Shown piece after piece: positions 28,434 to 43,125 of a stretch of 64,000 nucleotides of DNA. Source of the DNA: the human T2T-CHM13v2.0 reference genome, Homo sapiens; assembly GCF_009914755.1 (NCBI RefSeq), contig NC_060930.1, one strand, 5' to 3'. Positions within the stretch are counted from its first letter, which is position 1, and each line of letters starts with the position of its first letter. The notes below the pieces were generated by a model. That model searched no databases. It worked only from the letters and a program-made list of their open reading frames with translations, and was not told the DNA's origin. Position numbers and translations under genes: made by a program.

Positions 28434-28590
28434 ATAGACAGTCCCCTACTTAAGAACAGTTTGATTTACAATGTTTTGATGTTAAGATGGGTTTATTGGG
28501 GATATTAAATGTATTTTCAACTTAATATTTTAACTGACAATGAGTTTATTAGAATGTTGAGCCCATCTTAGGTCAAGGAGCATTTATCTG
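28434..28590. mobile_element. MER47/Tigger5-family MITE
   Basis: agacagtcccctacttaaga...gatgggtttattgggg...cccatcttaggtcaaggagcat; degenerate inverted ends. Confidence 0.6.
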
Positions 28591-29080
28591 TGTAATATGC
28601 CTGACACCATACCTGACACACAGGAAGCAACGTATAAATACCCAAACTCCTCACCCCAGCATTGAGGCCAGATTCCCAATGACAGATGAAACTCATGCAC
28701 CATGACACACACACAGACACGCCTGAAATATATGATAGTTGGTCTGTTCATTGAGGACCTGTCATGCGCAAAGCTCGAGGCAAGCGGCTCTCCATGAGTG
28801 TCGCAGGTTGCCCTGAGAATGTGGTCAGGTCCACTTTACCATACAGAGGAGGAGGGTGTTTAGGGTGCAGGTTACTGAGCCAAGGGCATTCAGTGAGTCG
28901 GTAGCAGAACCGGGGGTGGGCCCACTTTGATATGGAAGGCATCCTCTTCCCACTACATGGCCCTACATGAAGTTCCTTCACTTGAAGTATTTCAGAGATA
29001 AGTCCTTCCTTAGACATCCTTTTTGATCTACCTCCCGCCCGAAGCAAGAGCATCCTCAGCAGATGGTCATTCATCCTTTC

Positions 29081-29407
<327 letters not shown>

Positions 29408-29573
29408 TAAAATAATTATAATGGGCTCAGAGAGTTACCACTCCATTGCTGAGCTCAGGTCTAGTGGCCAAAAATTTTGCCTCTACAATGGGTTGGAGGC
29501 TGCCCTCACATAACCCTGATGCATTGGTTCTGGGTATGCTCATTTCTTTAACAGATTTGCCAAACATTAGGAA

Positions 29574-29595
29574 GATGATGATGATGATGATGATG
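29574..29595 (+). repeat. (GAT)7 microsatellite
   Basis: Directly visible. Confidence 0.9.
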
Positions 29596-30089
29596 GTGAC
29601 CACGGTGATCACATCAACGCTTATCTTAAATCCTCTTTAAACAGAGAAGCCATATTTCAAGGGGTTCCCTCTCAAACTTACCCCATTGAGTACAAATTGG
29701 ACATGTGGAGGTGAACAAGAGAATACTTTAATACTTACCCTAAATAATGGAACAACATAAAACTATTAAAATCAGGTTTCAAAGAAGACTCCATACCATG
29801 TAAAGATACCCACACGCTCTTAAGGAGAAAATTGGAAAAACAGTATAATCATTATTTTGTTTTAAGAACTATGTGCATATAAAAATGTATAGAATATAGA
29901 AAGAAATGCAAAAATATTAATAGTGGTTATTCCTCATTGATACAAGGGTTTTTTTTCTTTCAAAAAGTCTTCCTTTTATACTTTTGCATCATTTTGAAAT
30001 TTTACAAAGGTTTTAAAAACAAATTTGGAATTATCCATCCAATCTAGAGAACTTCTCATGAGGGGACAAATCATATAAACATTATAATA

Positions 30090-30680
30090 ATAACAACAAT
30101 AACTGTAGCAGCTCCAAAATTTATATTGCACCTAGCATATGCCAAGCAGTATTCTGAGGGCTTTATATATATTAACACATTTAATTCTTTTTTTTTTTTT
30201 TTTTTTTGAGATAGGGTCTCATTCTGTAGCCCAGGCTGGAGTGCAGTGGTGCAATCTAGGCTCATTGCAGCCTTGACCTCCTGGGCTCAAGCTATTCTCC
30301 CACCTCAGCTTCCCAGGCAGTTGAGACTACAGGCACATGCCACAATACTGGGCTAATTTTTTGTTTATTTTGTAGAGATGGGGTCTCTCTCTGTTGCCCA
30401 GGCTGGTCTCAAACTCCTGAGCTCAAGGAATCCTCCCACCTCAGCTTTCCAAAGTGCTAGGATTACAAGTATGAGCCACTGAGCCTGGCCTAACACATTT
30501 ATTTCTTACCACAACCTGTTGAGTTAGTTACCATTGTTGCCACCATTTTAAAGATGAGAAAACTGAGATCGGAAAGATTAAGTCACTTGTTCCAGGTCCC
30601 AGAAGTAGTAAGAGGAAGAGCCCAGACTTAAATCCAAGCAGTCTGGCCCCAGGTGTCCTGTGTTCTTGGCCACTACCCTG
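30090..30680 (-). mobile_element. MIR SINE split by an AluJ
   Basis: ccattttaaagatgagaaaactgagatcggaaagattaagtcacttgttccaggtc. Confidence 0.8.
30188..30490 (-). mobile_element. AluJ SINE
   Basis: Full-length; duplication taacacattta. Confidence 0.95.
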
Positions 30681-31002
30681 GGGCTGATGTTCCCCAGGCC
30701 AGAGCTAAAATAGACAGGATTAGGAGGATTGGGAAACAGCTCAAAAATCTATTTGAAAATTGTGAGCTTGTTAAAGTCCCTCATGGGGTTGCTCAGAGAG
30801 ATAAACCAGAATTGGCAGTCCTCATTCAGATCTGAAAGCTTCAAGATCTTCATCCCATGCAGCTTCCTCACCAGTATACACATTCTGACATCTCCCATCC
30901 TGGCCTCTGTCAAATCTCACCCAGAAAGCCAACTAAAAATAGTCTCCATCCGGCTCTGACAGAAATGATGATGACAGCCAGGTTCAGGAAAAGGGTCTAG
31001 GC

Positions 31003-31236
31003 CAGGGGTGTCCAATCTTTTGGCTTCCCTGGGCCACACTGGAAGAAGAAAAAATTGTCCTGGGCCACACATAAAATATACTAATGATAGCTGATAAGCT
31101 AGGAAAAAAAAAAAAAGAAGAAGAAAGAAAGAAAAAGAAACTCGCAGAAAGAAAAAAATTCACATTTTAAGAAAGTTTACGAATTTGTGTTGAGCCACAT
31201 TCAAAGCCGTGCCGGGCTGCAGGCTGGACAAGCTTG
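31003..31236. mobile_element. MER30 hAT-Charlie MITE
   Basis: caggggtgtccaatcttttggcttccctgggccacac...ggctggacaagcttg inverted termini. Confidence 0.88.
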
Positions 31237-32109
31237 GTCTTCCGCCATGCTGCTCACACAGAAGCAGGCTCACGCCAGGCAGTGCCAGTTGGGTTTCTGA
31301 AGTAGCTCTACCTCTAAGTCTCCAGGGCACACGATGCGAGATGCAAATATCACAGAGCTTTCTAGGCAGCCAGCAGACGTGGAAAGCAGGTTAGTCAGGC
31401 TATGATTCAGTCTCCAGCTCTCTCCCTTCTCCCCTGGCTTGGCTGTGCCTCCTAGGAGGGAGTTCTGGGCCAAGAAGGCCACACACGCCCCCAGGCAGGC
31501 CACAGGCCCAGACTGCCTGGTCCTATAATACAGAAGATATGAGAGCCAGGAAGCCACAGAAACAGCCGTCAATGGGGCTTGGTGTCCCACACACAACCCC
31601 AGATTCATCAGACTCCAGCTCTTACTGTGCCATCTGGGCCACAAGGGAAATGGGAGCAGTGAAGTGGAGCTGGACCAGGAACCAGACACGAACCTACTCT
31701 GCTCCCAGGAAAGTAACTATGACCTCTGCGTCACTGTCCTTTGGTCTCTCAAGGATCCCACTTCCATTGCCTGTCCCTTAAACGCCCGGGAAGCGGCCTC
31801 TACCCCCTAAGAAGGTGAATGAATCCCCTGCTGGTGTTCTGAAGGCACCCGAGGTAGGTGAGGTCCAGGGAGCACCTGGGACAAGCAGAAGGAACAAGCC
31901 CCCTGAGGATGCGGAAGCAGAGTGACCAGGCCCATCGCAAGGCAACCCCTGAGCGAGGGATAATGCAGGACCTTATGAGCAGAAGCGGGGCTAACAACCA
32001 GCAAGGCCAGAGGACAGGCAGCCCTTTGCCAAAGGTGTCGACTTCTGCCCAGCTTTCTCTTGTTCTGGCAACGGCTGTCAGTGTCTGTTGGTGGAAGAAC
32101 ATGCCCCTG

Positions 32110-32280
32110 GTGCCAGAAGGCTGGGGTTTGAGTCTCATCTCTTTCTCATATCTGTGTCTTGGGGGAGGTTACTTAACTTCTCTGGGCCTCAGTTTTCTCC
32201 TCTGCACAGCAGAAATATAATCATATCTCTCTCACAGTTATTGTGATGAGCGTGGCAAAGCATTTTTTGTAAACTACAAG
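32110..32280 (+). mobile_element. MIR SINE
   Basis: gttacttaacttctctgggcctcagttttctcctctg. Confidence 0.75.
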
Positions 32281-32367
32281 GAAGCTGGCAGTGGCTCCGA
32301 AGTTGTGTGTGATTGGACCTCACAGGACAAAACTGAGGTAACAGAGGATCACAATGCACCTTTTTCA

Positions 32368-32890
<523 letters not shown>

Positions 32891-33439
32891 GGCTTTGTAA
32901 TAAACTTTTCTGATGTTTTTCAGAATTCAATTTGTATAAATTTGAGACATCTACATTTCACAAATGTGATTATCCCATGCGATAATAAAGGAAGGTTTAT
33001 CCCACTATTTCCTAAGCCTGGAGCTTCCTTAGACTTGTATGTAATTCCTGGTGCCCCTGACAGGCACCTTTCCAGCCTCTACGGAATCTTTAGCAGCCCC
33101 ACGACACCAGGCTGAGCCTCGTGACATTGTGGCCACCAAGCGTGGGAAGGAACTACTAAACTTCAAAGTTGACTCAACCAAAAGAGAAAAATCGCAAGTC
33201 CCCGATGGAAAGGTGTTGATGGCTCTCTTTTCAAACACCTCCACGCCTGGCTGGGCACAAAGGCCTGACAGTGCCCCGAGCTACATCAACACAAGCTGGG
33301 TTCAAAGACTCACAGGTCTAAGCATCCTGGGCACCACAGAGATAGGAAAGTCCATGTGGAAACAGATCGTCTTTTCTATCAACCATGTGTGAATTTTGAA
33401 CTCCTTTTCTTCTCAGTGTTAGAAAAGGAAAACCAACCC

Positions 33440-34060
33440 ACTTTGCGGTCTCTCTGCGGTGTCTTTAGAAGGCCAGTTCCTTTACGTGCCTCTCAAGCCC
33501 ATGCTGAATTTCTCTGTTCTCGTCCTAGTGCCTCTTTTGACAAGCCACGAGCCTCACTCAGCCCAGAGTGACACTTATCACTGGGCCGTGTGAAAACTGG
33601 GGGGCTGGGGAGGAAGTGAGAAGGATGCGAAAGCCGAGGCGGGAGGAGGGGGTGCCGCCTGAGGCCCTTGCGGCCAGCAGTGGAAACGCAAACTTGACAT
33701 TTCCATTTTCCATCACCTTCTGATCTCAGGCCCCCAGTGCGATGCGCTGGCTTTTCATTTCCACTCCCTTTCACACCCAGCACATTAAAGGCCGCTGCAA
33801 GAACAACAATGGAAAAAGGCTCAGGGCTTTAAATCACGAAGCCTGGGGAAATTCAACAGTTGCTATCTCCAGCTTCTCTACCCAAAGCACCAAAAAAGCC
33901 TTCCCTGAGGGAGTCCAGGCCCCTCCCAGGGCGGGCGGCAGGAGTACTGCTTTTGATCATCTGTACTTCTGCGGCCACTCTCAAACTTCCCTCCCCAAAC
34001 ACCACAGCCCGGCTGTGAGCTGAAAGAGCTCCCTTTGGCCCTCCATCAGAAGCGGACTTT
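33440..34060. promoter_or_regulatory. Candidate enhancer or weak promoter (CpG-enriched non-repeat DNA)
   Basis: About 21 CpG in 620 bp by eye; GAGGAAGTG ETS motif at 33610-33618; GC-box-like runs. Confidence 0.4.
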
Positions 34061-35119
34061 CTGACCATTCACTAATTCTAGCAAGAAGGTCCACTAAGTA
34101 TTGTAAAATGTATAGCTTCCCGCCTGCTTTTTCTCTGACCTAGTTAAAAGCACTGTGTTGGACATACATCTTCTCGACCATATGAAAAGTGGGAATAAAT
34201 GTCTTAATTGGTACCAAGTCCCTGAGCACGTGAGCCAGCTTGCTAGATGCTCAGACAGGACTCTACAAACATGAGCCCAGGTCATATATTTACTAAGATG
34301 TGCTCCCAGGTGGCTCTCAAATGGCACAAAGAGGAAAGACCCCAGCAGAAATCAAGATGGGTGGGAAGCTGTTCTTTTCATGAGAGTGAAAAGACTGGAG
34401 CTATCTCATTTTGGGCTGAGAAGCCCTGGCTGGCCATAGCACAGCTGCCAGTAAAGGGAAACAGCGCCACAGGCTGCCTGGAGGAGCTGGTCTCCTATGC
34501 GGCAGACACTGGCTGTCAAAGGGTTGTGTGGCCCCAACGTGAAATAATGGCTGTACTTATGAATTGGTTTGTTTATATACCATCAACCAGGATGCTCTGC
34601 CAGCTTGCTGCTTTAAGAACGACAAACTATTGAATGCAATTGAATGCCTATCGAATGCAAAGACCTCAGGGAATTTCAGACACAGGGAGAGGGTGAGTTC
34701 CACGGTCCTCTCAGACAGAAAAGTTTGGGTTTACTGCTAGCCAAAAACCAGGAGTACAACAGGAACTGCTGACGTCATAAAGCTTGGCCAGAAACGTAGT
34801 CAGGTAGTGCCCTGAGCACAGCCTAGACACTGGCGCTCTAAGAAACAGCCCTTTGCCCAAGGCTATCTGGAAGAAATAGAACAGGGCACAACACAATAGT
34901 GTGGCAGGAAATCAACTGAGTGGGTTGGCAAAGAGCATCTTTCTTAAAAGAATAGAAGAGAACATAGAGTGTACCCTAGGTAATAAGGGAAGTATTATTT
35001 TGTAAAACATTTAAGTTTTATATATTCATATGTATGAATATTACATAGATATGTAATATATACATTATTATACAAATATGCTACTATACATATATATACA
35101 CACACATGCATGTATAGAG

Positions 35120-35996
<877 letters not shown>

Positions 35997-36149
35997 CTAC
36001 TCCCTCCTCCTCCTGTCAGGCTCGCTACCAAACTCTACTCCTCACCCTCTCTTTCTCCAGGACTCCCTCCCATCAGGATACCTACCTGAGGACACTCCAT
36101 CTCCAACTTTTCAGGTAACCTTCTCCTGCCCTCTCTACAGTCCAGCCAT

Positions 36150-36620
36150 CATACGAATGCCTTATATGTGCTTCATCTCATTTGATATTCACTGCCATAT
36201 TTATACATCGGGAAACCGAGGCATAAAGAAAGCAGTGAAGGCATTTGTCTCAGGTCAAACAGCTAATAAGTCTGGGTTTGGGACTGAATCAGGGCCATTT
36301 AATTTCGCATTGCTTATTTTGAATCACTATGCTATATTCTGCAAAGAAGAATGAGTTGGAGAAGGGAAACTGAAATCTATGGGCCTGAGGTTAGTGGTGG
36401 TGGGGACTATGATGATAGCACCTGCTCTGCCACGGTCTGTGCTGTGTACCACACGGTTATGGTGTCCAATCTTTACCACTCTAGGCAAGTAAGATTATTA
36501 TTATTGCCCATTTTGCAGATGAAGAAACTGAGGCTCAGAAATGTTAAGCAATTGTTCCAAGGTCATTTAGTCTGAGTCAAGATTCCATCCTGGACCTCCT
36601 ATTCTTTCTACTCTACCACT
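36150..36620 (-). mobile_element. Two MIR SINE fragments
   Basis: gggaaaccgaggcataaag; cccattttgcagatgaagaaactgaggctcagaaatgttaag. Confidence 0.75.
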
Positions 36621-37361
36621 CATATTCTCTCCTCGTCCAAAAGGAGCATGATGGTACCACCTTGTCTTGACTAGCCGCACTTTCACACAGGTTCATTTGG
36701 ACTTTCAGTTTCTCTGTGATCTTTCTTTAAAGTCATACGCTGAAAGAGCCTTCCCTCCAGATAATTCCACACTCACCAATAGGGCCAAATGCCCTTTTAG
36801 CTACAGAGCTTGGTGGCACTTTTCTAACTAAAAAACTGCACCCACTCTCTTCTCTGAACGGCCCTACTCCAATTAGCATTATGCAAATTTTATTTTAAGA
36901 ATGAAGCTTTTCATCTGTGATGAGAAAGAAACCAAAGCAATAAAGGACCCAGCACCTCAATACAAACTTAAATGACCACTTACATTTAGTTCCCAGGTTG
37001 CACCAAGTATGAAATGTCACCAGCTAAAAATCTCTAATTAAAGTCATTTTCCCAAAGTCCCTCCTTCCTTTTGCCTGCCTTCAAAATCCAAAGCTTGGCA
37101 GAAATATTTGATTGTTCAGAGCCTGTGCCTCTAACGGCAGATTTCATGAAAAAAGCAATTCTCTCCACCCTCGGTATTCAAAATCACTAAGAGACCATTT
37201 CCTCAGCAGCATTCTGCCTCTACTCTGTTAACACAGCTCAGGGAGGAGAGGGTTCTCATTCCCCGGTGACTCAGCCCCAGCAAGGCCCAAGTCACACACC
37301 ACATGGCTTCTGAACCCACTCTGAGCAGGCAAACATCAAAACAAAAAACCAACAGGTGTAA

Positions 37362-37730
<369 letters not shown>

Positions 37731-38224
37731 TTAATGGTATTCTAAACAGACAAGAACCTTAGGAAGAAAACAGAAGAGGGAGACAGGGTGAATTTCCTAT
37801 TTCCACGTCAGCCAAAGGTGACGCTTCTGCCAGAGGGAAACTTCAGGAAAGGGCATCAAAAAAGAAAGTAACCCCATCCAGTCCCTTACCTTGCTGTTAT
37901 CACAACACCCAGCTACACGGTTTCCCTTGAGGTTCCAGCCTGTGGCCTGTGCACATCCTGCCATATCACTATGGTTGTTCCCTGAGCGGGCAGCACAGAG
38001 GCTACTGCAGCCTCTCCTCCCACCTTGCTCTGTCTCCTGTGCATCTGTCTCCCCTTCCTACACTGTAACTGCATATCCCACCAAACCTTCATCCATGCAG
38101 TGACAGAAGACAGAGTGTCAATAAACAAAGCAGCAACTTGCCCCAAACCAGCTTCCTCTCCTATATCTCTGGTCATATAACACTGCTCATAGAACATCAC
38201 TGGTCACATGTACAAGTTAATTAG

Positions 38225-38821
<597 letters not shown>

Positions 38822-39320
38822 GGTTAAGCTAAAGGAGGACTTTCATGGAAGAAAGCCTTGAGGGGAGTTTTCATGTGGGGTTGGGGTGGGGGAAGTTTTC
38901 TTTTGTCCTTCACGTTGCATTCCCTCTCTCTTCAGTGCACTGAAGAGAGAGACATTGCATTGAGAGGTGACATTGCATTCCCTCTCTCTTCAGTGCACTG
39001 CCAACAGCTTCACCCAGAATGCCTACAACTTCCTCTCTCCTCTGCCCAAACCATGAGAGTCAGTCAGAGAGCCGACTCTCCCATTAAGGCTCCCTCAGCC
39101 CGTACAGATCACCTGTTCCAGTTCCCAAAGGCGCTTATCTGCAGACTATCGTCTCAACAAACATTTTCATAGTCTTATTGTAAGGCCTGCACCAGGCCCC
39201 TGAATACTAAGAGGAAGTAAACACAGTCCTGAGAAGCACCACAATTTATGAGAGCATCAGAGTCACAGCCAGTGTTACAGCCTGTGTGGGGCAAGTGGAG
39301 GCCACAATGGGAACGGGGAA

Positions 39321-40190
39321 GTCAAGGACAGGGCATTATGGGAACACAGAAGTCAGGCGCAAGGCATTAGGGGAATATAGAGGTCAAGTGCAGGGCATTA
39401 TGGGAACACAGGAATCAAGTGCATGGCATTATGAGAACACAAATCAAGTGCAGAGCATTATGGAAGCACAGAAGTCAAGTGCAGGGCCTTATGGGAACAC
39501 AGAAGTCAAGTGCAGGGCTTTATGGGAACACAGAAATCAAGTGCAGGGCATTATGGGAATATAGAGGTCAAGTTCAGGGCATTATGGGAACACAGGAATC
39601 AAGTGCATGGCATTATGAGAACACAAATCAAGTGCAGAGCATTATGGAAGCACAGAAGTCAAGTGCAGGGCCTTATGGGAACACAGAAGTCAAGTGCAGG
39701 GCTTTATGGGAACACAGAAATCAAGTGCAGGGCATTATGGGAACACAGAAGTCAAGTGCAGGGCATTATGGGAACACAGAAGTCAAGTGCAGGGCCTTAT
39801 GGGAACACAGAAGTCAAGTGCAGGGCTTTATGGGAACACAGAAATCAAGTGCAGGGCATTATGGGAATATAGAGGTCAAGTTCAGGGCATTATGGGAACA
39901 CAGGAATCAAGTGCATGGCATTATGAGAACACAAATCAAGTGCAGAGCATTATGGAAGCACAGAAGTCAAGTGCAGGGCCTTATGGGAACACAGAAGTCA
40001 AGTGCAGGGCTTTATGGGAACACAGAAATCAAGTGCAGGGCATTATGGGAACACAGAAGTCAAGTGCAGGGCATTATGGGAACACAGAAGTCAAGTGCAA
40101 GGCTTTATGGGAATACAGAAGTCAAGTGCAGGGCATTATAAGAACACAAAAGTTAAGTGCAGGGTACATGGGAGCACAGAAGTCAAGCAC
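39321..40190 (+). repeat. 31-bp minisatellite, ~28 units, consensus gtcaagtgcagggcattatgggaacacagaa
   Basis: Units parsed by hand; three units are 29 bp. Confidence 0.98.
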
Positions 40191-41489
40191 CTAACTCTTG
40201 AACTGGAAGGAGAAGTAGACATCCAGAAAAGCAAAACATAAAAGACCAGTAAAAATCAGCCAGGCAAATGAAACAGGGAAGGTACTCCTTGAAGACAGTA
40301 AATAGAAGCATAGTAGGTTCTCAGAAGAGCAGGCTACAGGCCAGAACACAGCAGAAGAACCAAAAACAGCAAGGCAAAACGTGGTTGGAAAAATCAGAGG
40401 CCTAGAGAATTTGCTACATGTTCAACCAGCATCTGACCCTTCAACAGACCACTTGCGGCAGCAAGGTCACTGCAGAAACTCACACATCCTGAGCGGCACA
40501 TGTCTCAAACCAAACACCTCCAGGGCAACCGTAGACCTGCCCCTTTCTAGAGCTTTCTCTTTCTGAGCACCTCCAAGCACATTCTGTGCTATACTCACAA
40601 ACATCCCAGCCTTCATGTCCTTACAGAAGGGGGTTTGGGGACTGCAGCCTTGAGCTACAACTGCCGTCTCTATTTACCTACCCGGGAACAGAGTGCTAAT
40701 AAAGAAACAACAAGCAATGGAACTCAAACACAGAGCAGCAGAGAACCCTTGAAGAGTGTGTCTTTGACCTGTAAAATATTGGTTGTGGTAGAGGTGCTAA
40801 TTCCCTACTTGCATCCTGAACAAGTTACCTTTGCACATGCTGTACCCTCTGCCGGGAATACACTTTTCCTCCCTCTCTAATTTCCTATTCATACTCTCCT
40901 CTCAAATAAGACTTCCTTTACTCACGAACTACTTCAGACCCCTGGCATATGCTCTTATTTCTCTTTCATCTCTCTTATTATAATTGTAATTAAATAATCA
41001 ATGGTGTGTTTTCCTGTACTAGACTGTTAGCTCCAAAGAAACTATACCAGTCATGGGCACCATCCCTCCAGGTGGGTTTGCCCCAGTAAGACCCCCAGTA
41101 CATCCAAGCAGGTTGTTGCATTGTTGAGAAACTTCTGTGCTGGTTGGTAAACAGCTACTGCTCCAAGCCCACTGCATGCCTTCCCCGGAAGCTAGACTTG
41201 ATCCAAACCATGCAATGACTCTTTATAATATGGTTTCATAGCATTTCCTGTGCACAAAGTGTGGGCCCTAAGTAACAGGCTAGCTGGGAACTTTGAACTT
41301 TTGCCTGCTGTTCTTGACTAATAAATTTGGAAAAGTTGGGTTTCTTCTCCAGCTAGCTATGTTTTTAAAACCCTAATATTATAAATATAGGAATGGAAGA
41401 GAGGGGTTAGGAGTGATGGTCAAAGGAGATTTTAGCACACATTCATGTTTACAAATATAATTAGAAACTAACTTTAATGAACTTTCTCT

Positions 41490-41760
41490 TACATGAGTAG
41501 AATGTCTGGAAGGATTTACAAGATACTAGAATCACAGAAATGAAACCCAATTTGCGTTCTTGACTTCTAGAAACATTCATCTCTGTTATCGGGGAGTAAC
41601 AGTGGTTTCTCCAAGAAGGGGAGTTGGGTGACCAGAGGATGGAGAAACAGGAAGATTAACATTTCATACTTTACTCTTTTGTACCTTTGAATTTTGAATC
41701 ACATGTGTGTATTACCTGAGCTAAAAGTATACAAACATGTTTTTAAAAATTAAATTTTGA
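41490..41760 (+). mobile_element. L1ME-type 3' end carrying a 67-bp foreign insert
   Basis: gtctggaaggatttaca...taacagtggttt...tttgtacctttgaattttgaatcacatgtgtgtattacc. Confidence 0.7.
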
Positions 41761-41769
41761 AAGCACATA

Positions 41770-42290
41770 AATAAACTTTAATTTAAAAATGAAAGTAAAA
41801 CATGAATATGTTCCTTGTTAAAACAAGTCTAACACTACAGTAGGAAATAAAATGAAATTAAGTTTTTCCCTTGCCAACTCCTGTTCATTCCCCAAATAAA
41901 ACAGTTGTAAAAGTTTCTTGTATATTCTCCTAGAATATCTATCTTTTAAACATAATTAACACAAATGGATCATGCTCTGCATTCAATTTCACATATTAAG
42001 TTTTCACTTACTGTATCTTAGAGATCTTTCCATATCAGCATATGCAAATCTAAATTATGGTTTTATAGGCTGCATAATAGTGTGTTGTATTAATATGACA
42101 CAATTCACTTAACCCATTCCCCTATTTACATAGACACATATGGTGTTTCCAGTTATTCAGTATTATAACCAATGCTGCAATAAATAGTTGTGCTAATGTA
42201 GCTAAATGAATTTCCACAAGTCGATTTGCAAAGGTGAAGGGTGACGATTTTCACCTTGACCGCTATTGCTGAATTGCTGGGCACATACTT
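41770..42290 (-). mobile_element. L1ME-type LINE fragment
   Basis: cttagagatctttccatatcagcata...tttccagttattcagtattataaccaatgctgcaataaa. Confidence 0.7.
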
Positions 42291-42914
42291 AATCATTCTG
42301 TGGCTTTATTTTCTCCATTTCGTATATGAGAAAATGATTGATGAGCTATCGGATTACTCCTATAAAAGGCTTGGCTAGCCTGAGAAATATGAAGCGAGAT
42401 CATTTTATGTGACATTCTATCAAAGGCACTGTGTTCATTCAGAACTCCAGTTCAGAGCTTTGTGCAGAGCCAGCTCATATGGACAGCCCCAGGCCAAGCT
42501 GCTGGTCCAACGGCATCAGCCTCAGAGGCTCTGGGAAAGCAGGGCCTGGATATCCCTTGGCCAAGTTGTGTTTATCTCCTAAAACCACTTTCAGAGGGAA
42601 AGTGTGAGTAAGGTATGAGAAAAAGGGAAAGGCTGACCCAAATGAGGTGGGTCTTGGTGAAGGCAATGATGAAAAGTCAGGAAGTTCTACCCTCAAAGCC
42701 TCTCCCTGCTCTCAAAGCTCTCCCAATACCCAACCTGGTATTGGGTTTCTGCCTCTCCCTGCTCCATCATCGAGTTCCCTTGATGACACACCAAGCCTCG
42801 CTGAAGATTTTATCTTTGAAATCATCCTTTCTCTAACCACAGCAAATGTAGGAGACAGGCTTGAGTAGGACCCTCTTAACTCTAAAAGTCACCTGAAATC
42901 CCTCCACACTCCCT

Positions 42915-43125
42915 CACATGCAGCCAATAGAACTTTCTGCAAGGCTAGAATTGCTCTTTATCTGTGCTGTTCAATATGGAAGCCACTAACCACATGTGAC
43001 CACTGAGGACTTGAAATGTGGTTAGTGCAACTGAGGAACTGAATTTTTCATCTTATCTTCTTTTAATTAATTTAAATGTAAATAATTGCTTGTGACTAGC
43101 GGCTACTATGTTGGGCAGAACAGCT
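42915..43125. mobile_element. MER3 hAT-Charlie MITE
   Basis: ccaatagaactttctgc...tctgtgctgttcaatatggaagccact...ttgaaatgtggttagtgcaactgaggaactgaattt. Confidence 0.85.

Noticed and set aside
39321-40190. CRISPR-like appearance of ~31-bp repeats
   Set aside because: Units are head-to-tail with no unique spacers, there are no cas genes, and the DNA is primate.
39286-40241. Long overlapping ORFs up to 240 aa with repetitive peptides
   Set aside because: Produced by translating the 31-bp minisatellite; the same peptide rotates through all three frames and there are no gene signals.
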